The position numbers and the translations under genes were made by a program. A stretch of DNA of 64,000 nt from a virus: the IMG/VR virus record IMGVR_UViG_3300046007_008377, positions 5,009 through 69,008 of that record. One strand, written 5' to 3'. The notes beneath the pieces are model-generated. The model was not told the origin of the DNA, did not search any database, and worked only from the letters and a program-made list of their open reading frames with translations. This document shows positions 50,943 to 61,917 of the stretch, one piece after another (positions within the stretch are counted from its first letter, which is position 1; every line of letters begins with the position of its first letter).

Positions 50943-52094
50943 ATGTTATCAAAATGGAGTGTTTACGATGAAAAGATTTTAGAAATTGTCAATAATTCAG
51001 AATTTCAACTTGAAAAGATTGATATTATAAAGCGAATAAACGACAATCTAAGCAAAAAAGAAAAAAATCATTTTAGTAAATATCTACAACGGCATCTTAA
51101 AAGAATTTGCGACAATCATGAAGGTATCTACAACGCTACAAACAACCTAGATGTAGCAAACGCAAATGTCAAACATTTATGGTTAAAAAATAAAGAATCT
51201 TCTTTATTTATAAAAAACCCAAATTATGTTGAAGAAGTTGCCCAAGACTTGCAGGAACTTCGAACAAAGCTAATTGATGATTTAAAAAATTACATTCCGA
51301 AATACCCAAAAATTGAGCGCCCTAAAGATGTAAAGAAAAAATTATTAGTTATTTCTCCAGCAGATATTCATATTGGAAAACTAAGTAGTGCATTTGAAAC
51401 TGGAGAAGATTATAACAATCAAATAGCGGTAAAACGCGTTTTACAAGGCTGTAACGGTTTATTGTCAGAATTACCAAAAAATAGTATAGAAAAGATTTTG
51501 TTTGTAATTGGAAACGATATTTTACATATTGATAACGCAAAAAGAACAACTACTGCTGGAACACCGCAAGATACTGACGGCATGTGGTTTGATAATTTCT
51601 TAATTGCTAAGCAACTTTATGTAGATATTATTGAGTTAATGGTGGTTGTTGCAGATGTTCATGTTGTATTTAATCCAAGTAATCACGATTATACAAACGG
51701 TTTCTTTTTAGCACAAATAATTGAAGCTCATTTTAAAAATTGCAAAAACGTTACTTTTGATTGTAGCATTTCGCATCGTAAATATTATCGATATGGTAAT
51801 AACATTGTGGGTACTACTCACGGTGACGGCGCAAAAGAAAATGATTTACCGTTACTTATGGCTCACGAAAGTAAGGACTGGCAAGAATGCAAACATCGTT
51901 ATTTTTATATTCATCATTTTCATCATAAAATAAGTAAAGACTACATGAGCGTTTGCGTTGAAGCCTTGCGTTCTCCTAGCGGAACAGATAGTTGGCATCA
52001 CCGCAAAGGTTACCAACATTCTCCTAAAGCTATAGAAGGATTTATACATGATTTTGAGCATGGACAATTACAACGAATAACACATTTATTTTAA
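50943..52094 (+). CDS. Calcineurin-like metallophosphoesterase
   Basis: ADIHIG, GNDILH, SNHD, THGD, HHFHH. Confidence 0.8.
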   Translation: MLSKWSVYDEKILEIVNNSEFQLEKIDIIKRINDNLSKKEKNHFSKYLQRHLKRICDNHEGIYNATNNLDVANANVKHLWLKNKESSLFIKNPNYVEEVAQDLQELRTKLIDDLKNYIPKYPKIERPKDVKKKLLVISPADIHIGKLSSAFETGEDYNNQIAVKRVLQGCNGLLSELPKNSIEKILFVIGNDILHIDNAKRTTTAGTPQDTDGMWFDNFLIAKQLYVDIIELMVVVADVHVVFNPSNHDYTNGFFLAQIIEAHFKNCKNVTFDCSISHRKYYRYGNNIVGTTHGDGAKENDLPLLMAHESKDWQECKHRYFYIHHFHHKISKDYMSVCVEALRSPSGTDSWHHRKGYQHSPKAIEGFIHDFEHGQLQRITHLF

Positions 52095-52110
52095 TATAAA
52101 AAACAAAACT

Positions 52111-52497
52111 ATGACAATACCTCAAATTATAAATAAAGCAAAATTAGCCCCGATAAAAACAAAAGCTATAATTGGCACGGCAATATTAATAGTTTTGCTT
52201 GTAGTAGCTTTAATTTTAGCTATTCGCAATAATCAAGATATTAAAAACGAAATAAAAATTGAGAAAATTACTAAAGAAAAAGAGGCAACTGAAAAAGAAG
52301 TTAAAAACAAAGTGGTCGAACTTAAAAACGACGTTGTAAAACACGGTGAATTTGTAAATGAAACTTCTAAATCAATTATTAATATTATAGATAAAAAACC
52401 AAAAATTAAAAAAATGAATTATGAAAGCACTAAAATTAAAGATGTTAGTTATGATTTTATGCGCATGCACCTCGATACTGTACAGCCAAACGAATAA
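52111..52497 (+). CDS. Putative inner-membrane spanin-like protein
   Basis: N-terminal TM then coiled coil; overlaps next gene by 77 nt. Confidence 0.5.
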   Translation: MTIPQIINKAKLAPIKTKAIIGTAILIVLLVVALILAIRNNQDIKNEIKIEKITKEKEATEKEVKNKVVELKNDVVKHGEFVNETSKSIINIIDKKPKIKKMNYESTKIKDVSYDFMRMHLDTVQPNE

Positions 52498-52876
52498 AGA
52501 TTTAAACTCACCAGAAAGAGTTACTGCATTATACAAAATATCTATGCAACATAAAGAACTTACAAAACAAGTTAAAGAATGTCAGAGCAGATATAATACA
52601 GAAATGCAAGCATACGAAAAATCTTTTGAGCAAATCAAATCTTTAGCAATTGCGCTTGGTGAAGAATCATCTGCTTTTGTGTCGCACAATTTAGATTTAC
52701 AAGAAGGGTTATTAGGATCTCTAAAAAAGCAAGAACAACAAGAAATTGAATTAGCAAAATTAAAAGCTAAAAGAACTCGACGTTTTGGAATTGGCGCATA
52801 CGGAGGCTACGATTTATTAAATTCAGTTCCCAGCGCGGGAATAAGTTTAAATTATAATTTGTTTTATTTGTTTTAA
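52421..52876 (+). CDS. Putative outer-membrane spanin-like protein
   Basis: Signal/lipobox-like ILCAC, coiled coil, C-terminal amphipathic beta hairpin FGIGAYGGY...GISLNYNLF. Confidence 0.5.
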   Translation: MKALKLKMLVMILCACTSILYSQTNKDLNSPERVTALYKISMQHKELTKQVKECQSRYNTEMQAYEKSFEQIKSLAIALGEESSAFVSHNLDLQEGLLGSLKKQEQQEIELAKLKAKRTRRFGIGAYGGYDLLNSVPSAGISLNYNLFYLF

Positions 52877-52965
52877 ATAGTGCGCTTAACACAATTTGAT
52901 GATTTTTAATTGATTAATCTAAAATACTAAAATTAGCGTAGGGGATTTTTTATTAAAAAAACTAT

Positions 52966-52973
52966 TACCTTTG
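52966..52973 (+). promoter_or_regulatory. -7 box (TACCTTTG)
   Basis: TAnnTTTG upstream of 53005. Confidence 0.6.
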
Positions 52974-53004
52974 CATATAAACATAACAACCTAATAAAGA
53001 AGCA

Positions 53005-55155
53005 ATGACAAAAATAAAAAACACCGTTGCATACACTATCAAAAGACCGTTGGCTCTTACTGATTATGCTATCGGTACTAATTCAGAAAATTTAGGCGTA
53101 GGAATGGCAAAAGACCTAACTATTTCTATGCAATTAATAGATATTAGAGACGCTGTTCTTGCGGGACTTTCTCCAGATATTGGTGGCGAATTAAAAATTA
53201 ACGAAATAGAATATAATGGAATATTAACATCGCCTTCTGCCGTAGCAAACGCTTTAGATCCAGTTTATATAGTTTCTAATTATGAGGTTTTAATATTTAA
53301 CGTAAACGGTAAAAGATACCTTTTAAAACTTCAAGGCGTAACTATTGGAGACGGAGAATCAAGCATTTCCGATTCTGATTTTATTACTATTGTAGCAATA
53401 CAATCTACAGGACTTGACGTTACCGCTAGTGGAGATAATACTGTAATTGAAAGCAAAGCAGGCGTTAATGTTGGAAGTGATGGAGTAAATATTTACAAAG
53501 GGCTTAATGCAACTTCTAAATTGCATGAATTTAGAAAAGCAAAATCGGTAGGATTTGACGTAACTATTGACGCTGATGGAGTAAAATTTGAAAAAAAGGC
53601 AGGAGTTAATTTAGGAAATGGAATACCGGTTTATAAAGGATTAAACGCAAGTACAAAATTAGACGAATTTTACAATTTAAAATCTTCTACTTTAAATATT
53701 GTAAAAGAAATGTCTGGAGGAAGCGAAACAGGTAATATTACTATAAACACTCCTACAACTGCAACTATTCCTGGGCTATACGTAAACAATCTTTACGGAC
53801 CAACTTATGAAGATTGGGTAAGTGGCGGTGGAAATTTAATTTCAAACCCATCATTTTTATACAAAGGAGAAGGAAGTCTTACAAGACCTTTTACCGACAG
53901 CAGAAATTATACTTCAGCAACAACATTTGTTGACACAGCAAATACCGCTATTCAAAACGCTTTAGAAAATTATGTAGGGGCAACTCCTTTAACGCCTGCT
54001 AAATTAGGTCAACAAATTATCGTACAAAACAATACAACAGGATATACTTTTCCAGGAGATTTTAATTACTCAGGACTGAACATTAAATTAGAAGCAAATG
54101 TTTTATCTACAAATTCAGGTTATATTGTAGACATGGACAATGCTTTAAGATTTAATAATGCGTCAGATTCATGCACTTTTACAATTGACCAAAACGTAAT
54201 TTTAGTAATTCAAGGCGATGGTTTTAAAAACAACGGAAATACAGTATCTACAAGTAATCAATCATCTTTTAGACAAGTTAGATTATTTGGAGCAGGTTCA
54301 GTAACTTCAACAGGAAATACTATTTCAAAATACATTTTATCGTCTGATGTTAGCAGCACAGGAAACGGAACTACAGGCTTTAATAATGACGGAGCTTGGC
54401 AATTTGAAGTAAGATGTTCTATAAATTCAGATTTTCAAGGTATTTACAAAATTGGCGGAAAAGGTCGTATTTATTCATTTGGCGGAAGTTTCCGAAGCGG
54501 AAATGTATTTACAAACGTAAACACTTCTTTAGAGGCTTTTTATCAAGGCGGTGGCGTTGTTGCGTTTTTTGAAGATACTTTTTTACAAATATATGGCGGC
54601 GCGTCAACATTAAGAGATATTGCGTTTCAATTTGTACCGACTAATGGATTTACTCCTGAATTTAATTCTAATTCTGCTAATCTTATAGGAAACGCGGTTG
54701 TTATTTTCAATAAAAACAATTCTAATAATGTTACTTTTTCGCTTGTAGGAAGTCAAAGCCCTAACATGTTTTGTACATCTATTTTTGATTCTACTAACTT
54801 ATGGCAAGTTAGTTTTAAAAATAATATTTTTGGATCAGGATTAATAGATACGACTGTTGCGGATTTAACGCTTGGAAATAACGTTTCTAGCACAAATACA
54901 ATCGGAAATTTCTTAGTAGAAACATTAGTGTTTTTTGATAGTAGACAAACGGCCAAAAATTTCAACTTTCCTGTAAATTCAGCTTTTTTAATAAAAAGAG
55001 ATGTAAGTGCAGCTAATTTGTTAGAAGGAGTAGAATATAAAATAAAAACGGCAGGTAGTCCATCTTTAGGGACTGTTGGAAATTTTATAATTGCAACTGG
55101 TTCGGAAACAGGAACAGGAGTTGGCGTTTTCAGCGAAAGATGCGTAATGATATAA
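53005..55155 (+). CDS. Tail fibre/spike-like structural protein
   Basis: 716 aa; tandem repeat KAGVNxG...YKGLNA...L.EF; Gly/Asn/Thr-rich beta-helix-like C-half. Confidence 0.6.
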   Translation: MTKIKNTVAYTIKRPLALTDYAIGTNSENLGVGMAKDLTISMQLIDIRDAVLAGLSPDIGGELKINEIEYNGILTSPSAVANALDPVYIVSNYEVLIFNVNGKRYLLKLQGVTIGDGESSISDSDFITIVAIQSTGLDVTASGDNTVIESKAGVNVGSDGVNIYKGLNATSKLHEFRKAKSVGFDVTIDADGVKFEKKAGVNLGNGIPVYKGLNASTKLDEFYNLKSSTLNIVKEMSGGSETGNITINTPTTATIPGLYVNNLYGPTYEDWVSGGGNLISNPSFLYKGEGSLTRPFTDSRNYTSATTFVDTANTAIQNALENYVGATPLTPAKLGQQIIVQNNTTGYTFPGDFNYSGLNIKLEANVLSTNSGYIVDMDNALRFNNASDSCTFTIDQNVILVIQGDGFKNNGNTVSTSNQSSFRQVRLFGAGSVTSTGNTISKYILSSDVSSTGNGTTGFNNDGAWQFEVRCSINSDFQGIYKIGGKGRIYSFGGSFRSGNVFTNVNTSLEAFYQGGGVVAFFEDTFLQIYGGASTLRDIAFQFVPTNGFTPEFNSNSANLIGNAVVIFNKNNSNNVTFSLVGSQSPNMFCTSIFDSTNLWQVSFKNNIFGSGLIDTTVADLTLGNNVSSTNTIGNFLVETLVFFDSRQTAKNFNFPVNSAFLIKRDVSAANLLEGVEYKIKTAGSPSLGTVGNFIIATGSETGTGVGVFSERCVMI

Positions 55156-55166
55156 TCTAAAATAAA

Positions 55167-55412
55167 ATGGGTCAAAGAATAAGAAAATTGTCAATTGGTG
55201 CGGAGGTAAAAGACCGATTTCATTATGTCGTAAATGATGAAAGAGCAGTTTATACCGCTACAATAAACAACGTGTCGGAAAGATTTAATTTAGCTCAAAT
55301 TATCGAATGTGAAACTCATTATCAGCTTTGGCTAAAAAAAGCAGATGAAATTTTTCATTGGAAAGACGAGCCTAAAAACAATATCGTGACCCCAGAATAT
55401 TTTCTTGATTAA
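55167..55412 (+). CDS. Hypothetical phage protein
   Basis: IRKLSIG...HY...WK. Confidence 0.65.
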   Translation: MGQRIRKLSIGAEVKDRFHYVVNDERAVYTATINNVSERFNLAQIIECETHYQLWLKKADEIFHWKDEPKNNIVTPEYFLD

Positions 55413-55960
55413 TGAAGGCGCCTTTTAAGTTTATTATTTCACCAATTAATAACGAGCAATACGTCAATCAAATTGGCAATTTAATCGTTAACACAAGCGT
55501 AGAAGAGGCTGAAGATGTTCAAAGAGTTGGAGTTGTAGAATCTTTACCTTTTGGCTATTGTGGATTTATTCAAAAAGGAGATTTAGTAGTAGTTCAACAC
55601 AACGTTTTTAGAATTACTTTTGACGATTGGGGATTTCCAAGACAATCTGATAACTTTATTAAAGACAATTTGTTTGGCGTTACTCCTGATATTATTTACG
55701 CGGTTGTTCGTAATGGTAAAATAATGTCAAGCGACGATTACATTTTTGTAGAACCTATTGTAGAAGAAGATTTTTGGTTAGGAAAACAGACTTTAAAAAA
55801 TCAAGGATTTGCTAAGTATGTAAACCCAACAATGGAAAAACAAGGGGTAATCAAAGGCGCGCGAATAGCTTTTGGCAGTTTTTCAGAATATTTATTTGAA
55901 ATTTTTGGAGAGAAACTTTATTTAATGAGGAATAAAAAAGTAATGGCTATTTTGAATTAA
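55412..55960 (+). CDS. GroES-like (tandem co-chaperonin fold) protein
   Basis: GVVESLP...IQKGDLVVVQHNVF and IFVEPI...GARIAF...EYLFEIFGEKLYLM. Confidence 0.55.
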   Translation: MKAPFKFIISPINNEQYVNQIGNLIVNTSVEEAEDVQRVGVVESLPFGYCGFIQKGDLVVVQHNVFRITFDDWGFPRQSDNFIKDNLFGVTPDIIYAVVRNGKIMSSDDYIFVEPIVEEDFWLGKQTLKNQGFAKYVNPTMEKQGVIKGARIAFGSFSEYLFEIFGEKLYLMRNKKVMAILN

Positions 55961-56013
55961 AAAATTATATATCTTTACATCAGCAATAAAGCTAACACTA
56001 AAAAATAAAAATT

Positions 56014-56616
56014 ATGTCAAGAATTAGAACAGTAGTACAGCTGACATCTAAGACGACTGCGGTAACTTGCAACGCTTACGATTCAGTAATTCAAACGGTC
56101 GATCTTTCAGATGCGGCTGACACAGAATTTCAATTTGTAGTAAACAACTATGTTATCCAAGACACTTCTGCAATTTTGATTAGCACAGAATATCCTTTGT
56201 CAACAGAAAATTCTTCAAGAACAGCAACTTTAGTTGGAACAAGCGGAACTTCAAACATCACGGTAGGTGGAGTAAATTATTTAGTAACGTTCACTACAAA
56301 CTTAAACACTTCGGCGACTAACTTTGTAACTTCTCATGCTGCTGCATTATTAGCTTTAGGAATTACTGTAACAGCAAATACAGGAGTATTAACTTTTGTG
56401 GCTGAAACTGCAACTTTTCCTACAATTACTCAAAGTACCGTTTCAGGAGATTTACGTTCAACACTTGGTGCGTTAACAGCAGTAGCAACAACAGGATCAC
56501 CACTTGTAGATTTAGTATCTTATGTAAGAGGCGCAATGACAGTTCGAGTAAGAAATTACGGAACGGCAGCATTGAACAATTTTGTAAGATTCCATTTTAA
56601 GATTACTCACAACTAA
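56014..56616 (+). CDS. Thr-rich structural (capsid decoration-like) protein
   Basis: VVQLTSKTTAVT...; own strong terminator. Confidence 0.5.
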   Translation: MSRIRTVVQLTSKTTAVTCNAYDSVIQTVDLSDAADTEFQFVVNNYVIQDTSAILISTEYPLSTENSSRTATLVGTSGTSNITVGGVNYLVTFTTNLNTSATNFVTSHAAALLALGITVTANTGVLTFVAETATFPTITQSTVSGDLRSTLGALTAVATTGSPLVDLVSYVRGAMTVRVRNYGTAALNNFVRFHFKITHN

Positions 56617-56646
56617 AATTTTTGGTTAATAGATTTGTTTGGTTTG

Positions 56647-56675
56647 AAAACCACTTCTTCGGAGGTGGTTTTTTT
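56647..56675 (+). terminator. Intrinsic terminator (UUCG loop)
   Basis: AAAACCACTTC-TTCG-GAGGTGGTTTTTTT. Confidence 0.85.
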
Positions 56676-56720
56676 GTATAAAATAATTCGTAATTTTGGA
56701 TATTCTAAATTAAAATCTAA

Positions 56721-59372
56721 ATGAAAAATTTATCTCAAGACCTTGAAGTAGCTATTTCAAATGCTATTGAAACTCTTGGTTTTTCCGTTGACATTGACAA
56801 AGTTAATTCTGAAAAGCTAGAGGCTTTAATGAAATCGAAAGCAGATTCGTTTTTATACACAAAAGAATTAATTTTAAGTTGGGAAAATTCCTTAAATGCC
56901 CCAAGCGATAAAAAATTATACAAATACATTACAGACCTCGTAAAAGCAGGGGAAAGTTCAATTATAGATTTACGTCTTGCTTTAAGAAAAAAAATTGATA
57001 CCGATTTAGTTGATGTAGAAAAAATCGGAGTAAGTATCAAAGCAAAGCAAATTATTTACAAAGCTATTACAGAGCTTGATTCGGGATTGATTCAATTAAA
57101 AATGCAATTGCAATCTAATTCTATAGACTTAAAACAACGCGAATTTAAAATAGGTTACCCAGAGCGATTTGCTAATCAAGAATTTTATCCTAAAAAAGAT
57201 TATTACAAAGAATGGTACGATGAAAAAAACGATTGTATTATTCTTGACCCAAAAGGAACTGTAGGAGAAATTATAGTTTTAGACAACTTACGATTAGCAT
57301 TACCTATTGTTCCAAAAAATAAAAAAGACATTTTATTTAGTGATTTACCAAAGGAAGAACAATATTGGCGAAGAATTGACCCGCCTAAGGGATTAATGCC
57401 AGAAACCGAAGACGCTTGGTCTACATATATATTAGAAGAATTTCGCAGACGTAGAGAAGGCGTATGGTTTATGAATAATGGCAAAGCAGAATGGCTTACT
57501 CCAACGCATTACATGGGGCTACAATGGAACCGCATGCTTGATACTGGAGGATTTAAAGAATTTCGTTTAGCACAAAGAGACATATATTATTTTTGCCTTG
57601 CAGTAATTATTGACCCAAGAGCAGTTGGTATATTATTCTTGAAAGGACGTAGAACAGGATTTACCGAGGTAATTCTTGACCATTTTGAAGATTTTTCTAC
57701 TTCTACTAAAAATGCTTTATTTGGAATTACTTCAAAAACAGGTTCAGATGCTTCTGAAGCGTTTTTAAAATATTCTTACGGATTGCAAAACCAACCTTTC
57801 TTTTTTATTCCGGTAGTAAAAGGAAAAATTGACGATAGAAATAAAATGGAGTTTGGCAAAGTTTCAGATTCCTCAAAAGTTGCTAAAAAGAAAAAAGATA
57901 CCTCAACCGATGATTATTTAAACACAAAAGTAGATTGGCTAAACACTACTACGCTATCGTATGACTCTAAAAAATTATTCATGTATCTTGGCGACGAAGC
58001 AGGAAAATGGGAAAGACCAAATAATTATGAAGACCATTGGGCAAATATAAAACCTACGATGATTACAGGAGGTAGAGTTGTAGGAACGGCATTTATCGGA
58101 TCAACAGTTGGCGCTGTAGAAAAAGGCGGAAAAGAATTTAAGAATTTATATTACGGATCTAATGTTTCAAAAAGAAATTCCAATGGCAGAACTACTACCG
58201 GATTGTATTCTTTTTTTCTTCCTGCTCATAAAAATTACGAAGATTATACAGATAAATACGGCGTTTGCCATATTACTGTAAATCCAGGAGAACATTTTTA
58301 TAATGCTCAAGGAATAAAAATGACAATTGGTTCATTGCAATATCTTGAAAACGAATTTAAGTCTGCAAAACAAATGGGCGGTAAGCACCATAATAACGTA
58401 AGAAGATTAGACCCTGTTACAGTTGATGATGCGTTTAGAGATGAAAGCAAAGGTAGTTTGTTTGATTTAGATAAACTTAATGACCAAATTGCCCATAACA
58501 ACAATATAGAAATTGAAAACACATTAGTACGAGGTAATTTTGAATGGGAAGGTGGCGTCAAAGATACATCTGTTGTTTGGAGACCAAATAATAAAGGAAG
58601 GTTTTTGATTGCTTGGTTACCGCCAAAAGAACTTCAAAACCGTTTAATTGAAAAAAACAATATGTTTGGCGGCAGAAGTAAACACCCATTAAACGAAGAT
58701 TTAGGTTGTTTTGGAGCAGATACTTATGATATTGACGCTACGGCAGGTGCTAAATTAGAAAACACAGAAAACGGCTCCGAATTTGATTCTGGATCTAAAG
58801 GCGCAATTAGCGGCGTTACCAGTTTTTCAATGAAAAATGTTCCAAGTAATTTCTTTTTTTTAGAGTATATTGCTAGGCCACAATCTGCTGAAATATTTTT
58901 TGAAGACGCGCTTATGGCTTGTGTTTTTTACGGCATGCCAATTCTTATAGAAAGCAACAAGGCAAGAATGTTATATCACTTTAAGAATCGCGGTTATAGA
59001 GGTTTTTCTCTTAGCAGATTTGACAAAGAGACAAACAGACTTTCACCAACTGAAAAACTACTTGGTGGCATTCCTTCAAATAGCGCTGACGTAATAAATA
59101 TACATTGGACCGCAATTGAAGCATACGTAAATAAATATGTTGGGTATTACGAGCAAGGCGATGATTTAGTTCCGATAAGAGAAGAAAATGAAGTAGGATC
59201 AATGCCTTTTAATAGAACATTACGAGATTGGTCAAAATTTAATGTAGGAAAACGTACAGATTACGATATTTCAATTGCTTCTGGTTACGCATTAGTCGGA
59301 GTTAATCGTAAAAGTTACAAACCTCAGCAATCAGAAAGAAAAACTTTAGATTTTAAAATCCGTACATTTTAA
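56721..59372 (+). CDS. terL: Terminase large subunit with about 150-aa N-terminal extension
   Basis: LKGRRTGFT (Walker A region), YLGDEAGKW (Walker B), GST, GADTYD nuclease Asp, LIESNK, DISIASG. Confidence 0.85.
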   Translation: MKNLSQDLEVAISNAIETLGFSVDIDKVNSEKLEALMKSKADSFLYTKELILSWENSLNAPSDKKLYKYITDLVKAGESSIIDLRLALRKKIDTDLVDVEKIGVSIKAKQIIYKAITELDSGLIQLKMQLQSNSIDLKQREFKIGYPERFANQEFYPKKDYYKEWYDEKNDCIILDPKGTVGEIIVLDNLRLALPIVPKNKKDILFSDLPKEEQYWRRIDPPKGLMPETEDAWSTYILEEFRRRREGVWFMNNGKAEWLTPTHYMGLQWNRMLDTGGFKEFRLAQRDIYYFCLAVIIDPRAVGILFLKGRRTGFTEVILDHFEDFSTSTKNALFGITSKTGSDASEAFLKYSYGLQNQPFFFIPVVKGKIDDRNKMEFGKVSDSSKVAKKKKDTSTDDYLNTKVDWLNTTTLSYDSKKLFMYLGDEAGKWERPNNYEDHWANIKPTMITGGRVVGTAFIGSTVGAVEKGGKEFKNLYYGSNVSKRNSNGRTTTGLYSFFLPAHKNYEDYTDKYGVCHITVNPGEHFYNAQGIKMTIGSLQYLENEFKSAKQMGGKHHNNVRRLDPVTVDDAFRDESKGSLFDLDKLNDQIAHNNNIEIENTLVRGNFEWEGGVKDTSVVWRPNNKGRFLIAWLPPKELQNRLIEKNNMFGGRSKHPLNEDLGCFGADTYDIDATAGAKLENTENGSEFDSGSKGAISGVTSFSMKNVPSNFFFLEYIARPQSAEIFFEDALMACVFYGMPILIESNKARMLYHFKNRGYRGFSLSRFDKETNRLSPTEKLLGGIPSNSADVINIHWTAIEAYVNKYVGYYEQGDDLVPIREENEVGSMPFNRTLRDWSKFNVGKRTDYDISIASGYALVGVNRKSYKPQQSERKTLDFKIRTF

Positions 59373-59433
59373 TATAAAAATTAATACAAAATAGAAAATT
59401 ATTATTGAAATGCAAATTGCTATATAAAATTAT

Positions 59434-59441
59434 TATCTTTG
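59434..59441 (+). promoter_or_regulatory. -7 box (TATCTTTG)
   Basis: TAnnTTTG upstream of portal. Confidence 0.6.
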
Positions 59442-59464
59442 TTCATAAAATACATTGATATATA

Positions 59465-61906
59465 ATGGATAACGATAAAAAAGGCTTGACCTTATCTTCA
59501 ACAATAGCTTTTCCAAGTCAATTGGACTCGTTTGAAAACAAAAAGAAACAGTCTTGGGGCTATCAATTAGCACTCGCTATTCAAAACGAATGGTTTTTTG
59601 GCTACAATATTGCAAATCAGCAAATCAGTAAATTTTATACACAACGAAACCAATTAATAGAAAGAAGAATGTATGCTAAAGGTCTTCAAGACATGAAGCA
59701 ATACATGAAGCAATTTGAATCTGAAGGAGATAAGTCATTTTTAAATTTATCTTCAAAGCCAATTTCTATAATTCCTAAATTAGTCGATGTTGTTGTAAAT
59801 GGAATGTGTGACAGAGGATATTCTGTTAGAGCAACTGCTATCGACCCTGCTTCCACAAGTAATAGAATTGCTTACAGAAAAAAAATAGAAGATGACCAAT
59901 ACGCAAAAGATTTTATTGTTGCTGCTCAAGAAAAGTTAGGGGTAGATGTTGGTAATTTGCCAATTGACCAAATTCCAGAGTCTAAATTAGAATTAGACTT
60001 ACACATGCAGCTAGAGTACAAACAGTCAATAGAAATTTCAGAAGAATTGGCTATAGATCAAATATTTAAAGAAAACAGATTTGAAGATACAATTGACAGG
60101 CAGATAAAAAACGATTTGACTGTATGTGGAGTTGCATGGGTTAAAAATAAGTTTTGTCCAGATAGAGGTATTCTTTTAGAATACGTTAATCCAGAAAACA
60201 AAATACAATCATACACAGACGATCCTTTTTTTAGAGATTGTTTTTACCATGGTGAATTTAAAGTTGTGCCAATTAGCGAAATTTTAATAGAATTTCAATG
60301 GTTAAACGACCCAAAGAACGAAGAAAAGAAAGAGCAATTAGCAAGTTCGGCAGTTCAATGGTGGGATTACCATAGAATATCACAAGATCAAAGAATAAAA
60401 GGTACAACTAACGTACTTTATTTTACCTACAAAACTACAAGAGACAGAGTAAAAAAAATAATTGATTTAGATTCTGGCGCTAAAGAAATTAGCGAATTTA
60501 CAGAAGGTAAAAACAAGAAAAAAGATTTTAGAAAATATAAAACTACAACTGTTGCTGAAGAAATTCTTTTTGAAGGAGCTTTGGTTTTAGGTACTGATAT
60601 TTTGCTTAAATGGGAAGTTTCTGAAAATATGTCTCGCCCAAAATCAAACAAGCAAAAAGTAATTGACCAATACATTGGAAAAGCGCCAAATAAAGAAAGA
60701 GGATATATTGATTCTCTTGTTGCTAGAATGATTCCAGTTGAAGACAAATTAAATGTTTTAGAATTAAAGGCCGAGCAAATTATTCAAAAGATACAACCTG
60801 ATGGATTTATTATTGATCCAGATGCACTTTCCGAATTGGATTTTGGCGGCGGAAACGTGCTGACTGTTCAGAACATGGTCGATATGTTTTGGCAAACAGG
60901 TAGTATTTTTGCAAGAAGTTTTGGTGCAAATGGCGATCCAATGTACAGCAAACCAATACAGGAATTAAGAACTGGGGATTCGTTAAATAAACTTCAATCA
61001 TTAAGAGTAGAAAGAGCAGGTTATTTAGAATTAATGCGAGATGTTATTGGTTTAAACAGAGCTTCTGACGCATCAAATCCTGATAAAGATTCTTTGGTAG
61101 GTATTCAAAAATTGGCTGCATTAAACAGCAACGTAGCGACTAGACATATTTTAGATAGCGCAAAATACATTACCAAATTAACCGCAGAAGCAGTAAGTTA
61201 TAGAATAGGCGATTTGCTAAAATATTCGGACTTAAAAGAAGATTTTGCAAGAAAAATTGGCGCAACTGCCGTAATGGATTTAGAAGAAATAAAGCAATTG
61301 CATTTGTTTGAGTTTGGAATATTTATTGATTTGTATTTAGACGCAGAAGAAAAAGCTAAATTAGAAGCAGATTTGTCTAATGAAATTGCTAGCGGAACTT
61401 TAAGTTTTGCAGATAAATACAAAATATTATCTATTCCTAATTTTAAGTACGCTGTAAACTACGCTTCTATTTTAAGAGAAAAGAGAATGAAAGAGATGCA
61501 GAAAAGAAAAATGGAAGAAATTCAAGCGCAAGCTCAAGCAAATACTCAATCAGCGCAAGCGGCAGAAGGTGCTCGTTTGCAAACAGCGCAAGCTATTGGA
61601 CAAATTGAAATGCAAAAACAAGAAATGGTTAATCAAGGATTAATTGCCAAAGAACAAGCCAAAGGAAACGAAGCTAGACAGACAATTGAGGCTAAATTTC
61701 TTGGGGACTTTCAAATTGCTCAATTAGAAGCAGGTATTCAAGGCGATAAAGTTAAATTTATCGAAGATAAAAAAGACGAAAGAATTACAAAACAAGCTTC
61801 TCAACAAAGCAAAATGATTGAGCAAAGAGCAAAAGAAAAAGAACCTATTGATTTTGAAAACGAAGAAATTAACGATGATATTTTTCAATTAAACGACGAA
61901 CTATAA
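59465..61906 (+). CDS. Portal protein
   Basis: 813 aa after TerL; IIPKLVDVVVNGM, RDVIGLN, LVGIQKLAALNSNVATRHI, Gln-rich C-terminal barrel helix. Confidence 0.85.
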   Translation: MDNDKKGLTLSSTIAFPSQLDSFENKKKQSWGYQLALAIQNEWFFGYNIANQQISKFYTQRNQLIERRMYAKGLQDMKQYMKQFESEGDKSFLNLSSKPISIIPKLVDVVVNGMCDRGYSVRATAIDPASTSNRIAYRKKIEDDQYAKDFIVAAQEKLGVDVGNLPIDQIPESKLELDLHMQLEYKQSIEISEELAIDQIFKENRFEDTIDRQIKNDLTVCGVAWVKNKFCPDRGILLEYVNPENKIQSYTDDPFFRDCFYHGEFKVVPISEILIEFQWLNDPKNEEKKEQLASSAVQWWDYHRISQDQRIKGTTNVLYFTYKTTRDRVKKIIDLDSGAKEISEFTEGKNKKKDFRKYKTTTVAEEILFEGALVLGTDILLKWEVSENMSRPKSNKQKVIDQYIGKAPNKERGYIDSLVARMIPVEDKLNVLELKAEQIIQKIQPDGFIIDPDALSELDFGGGNVLTVQNMVDMFWQTGSIFARSFGANGDPMYSKPIQELRTGDSLNKLQSLRVERAGYLELMRDVIGLNRASDASNPDKDSLVGIQKLAALNSNVATRHILDSAKYITKLTAEAVSYRIGDLLKYSDLKEDFARKIGATAVMDLEEIKQLHLFEFGIFIDLYLDAEEKAKLEADLSNEIASGTLSFADKYKILSIPNFKYAVNYASILREKRMKEMQKRKMEEIQAQAQANTQSAQAAEGARLQTAQAIGQIEMQKQEMVNQGLIAKEQAKGNEARQTIEAKFLGDFQIAQLEAGIQGDKVKFIEDKKDERITKQASQQSKMIEQRAKEKEPIDFENEEINDDIFQLNDEL

Positions 61907-61917
61907 AAATAAATAAA

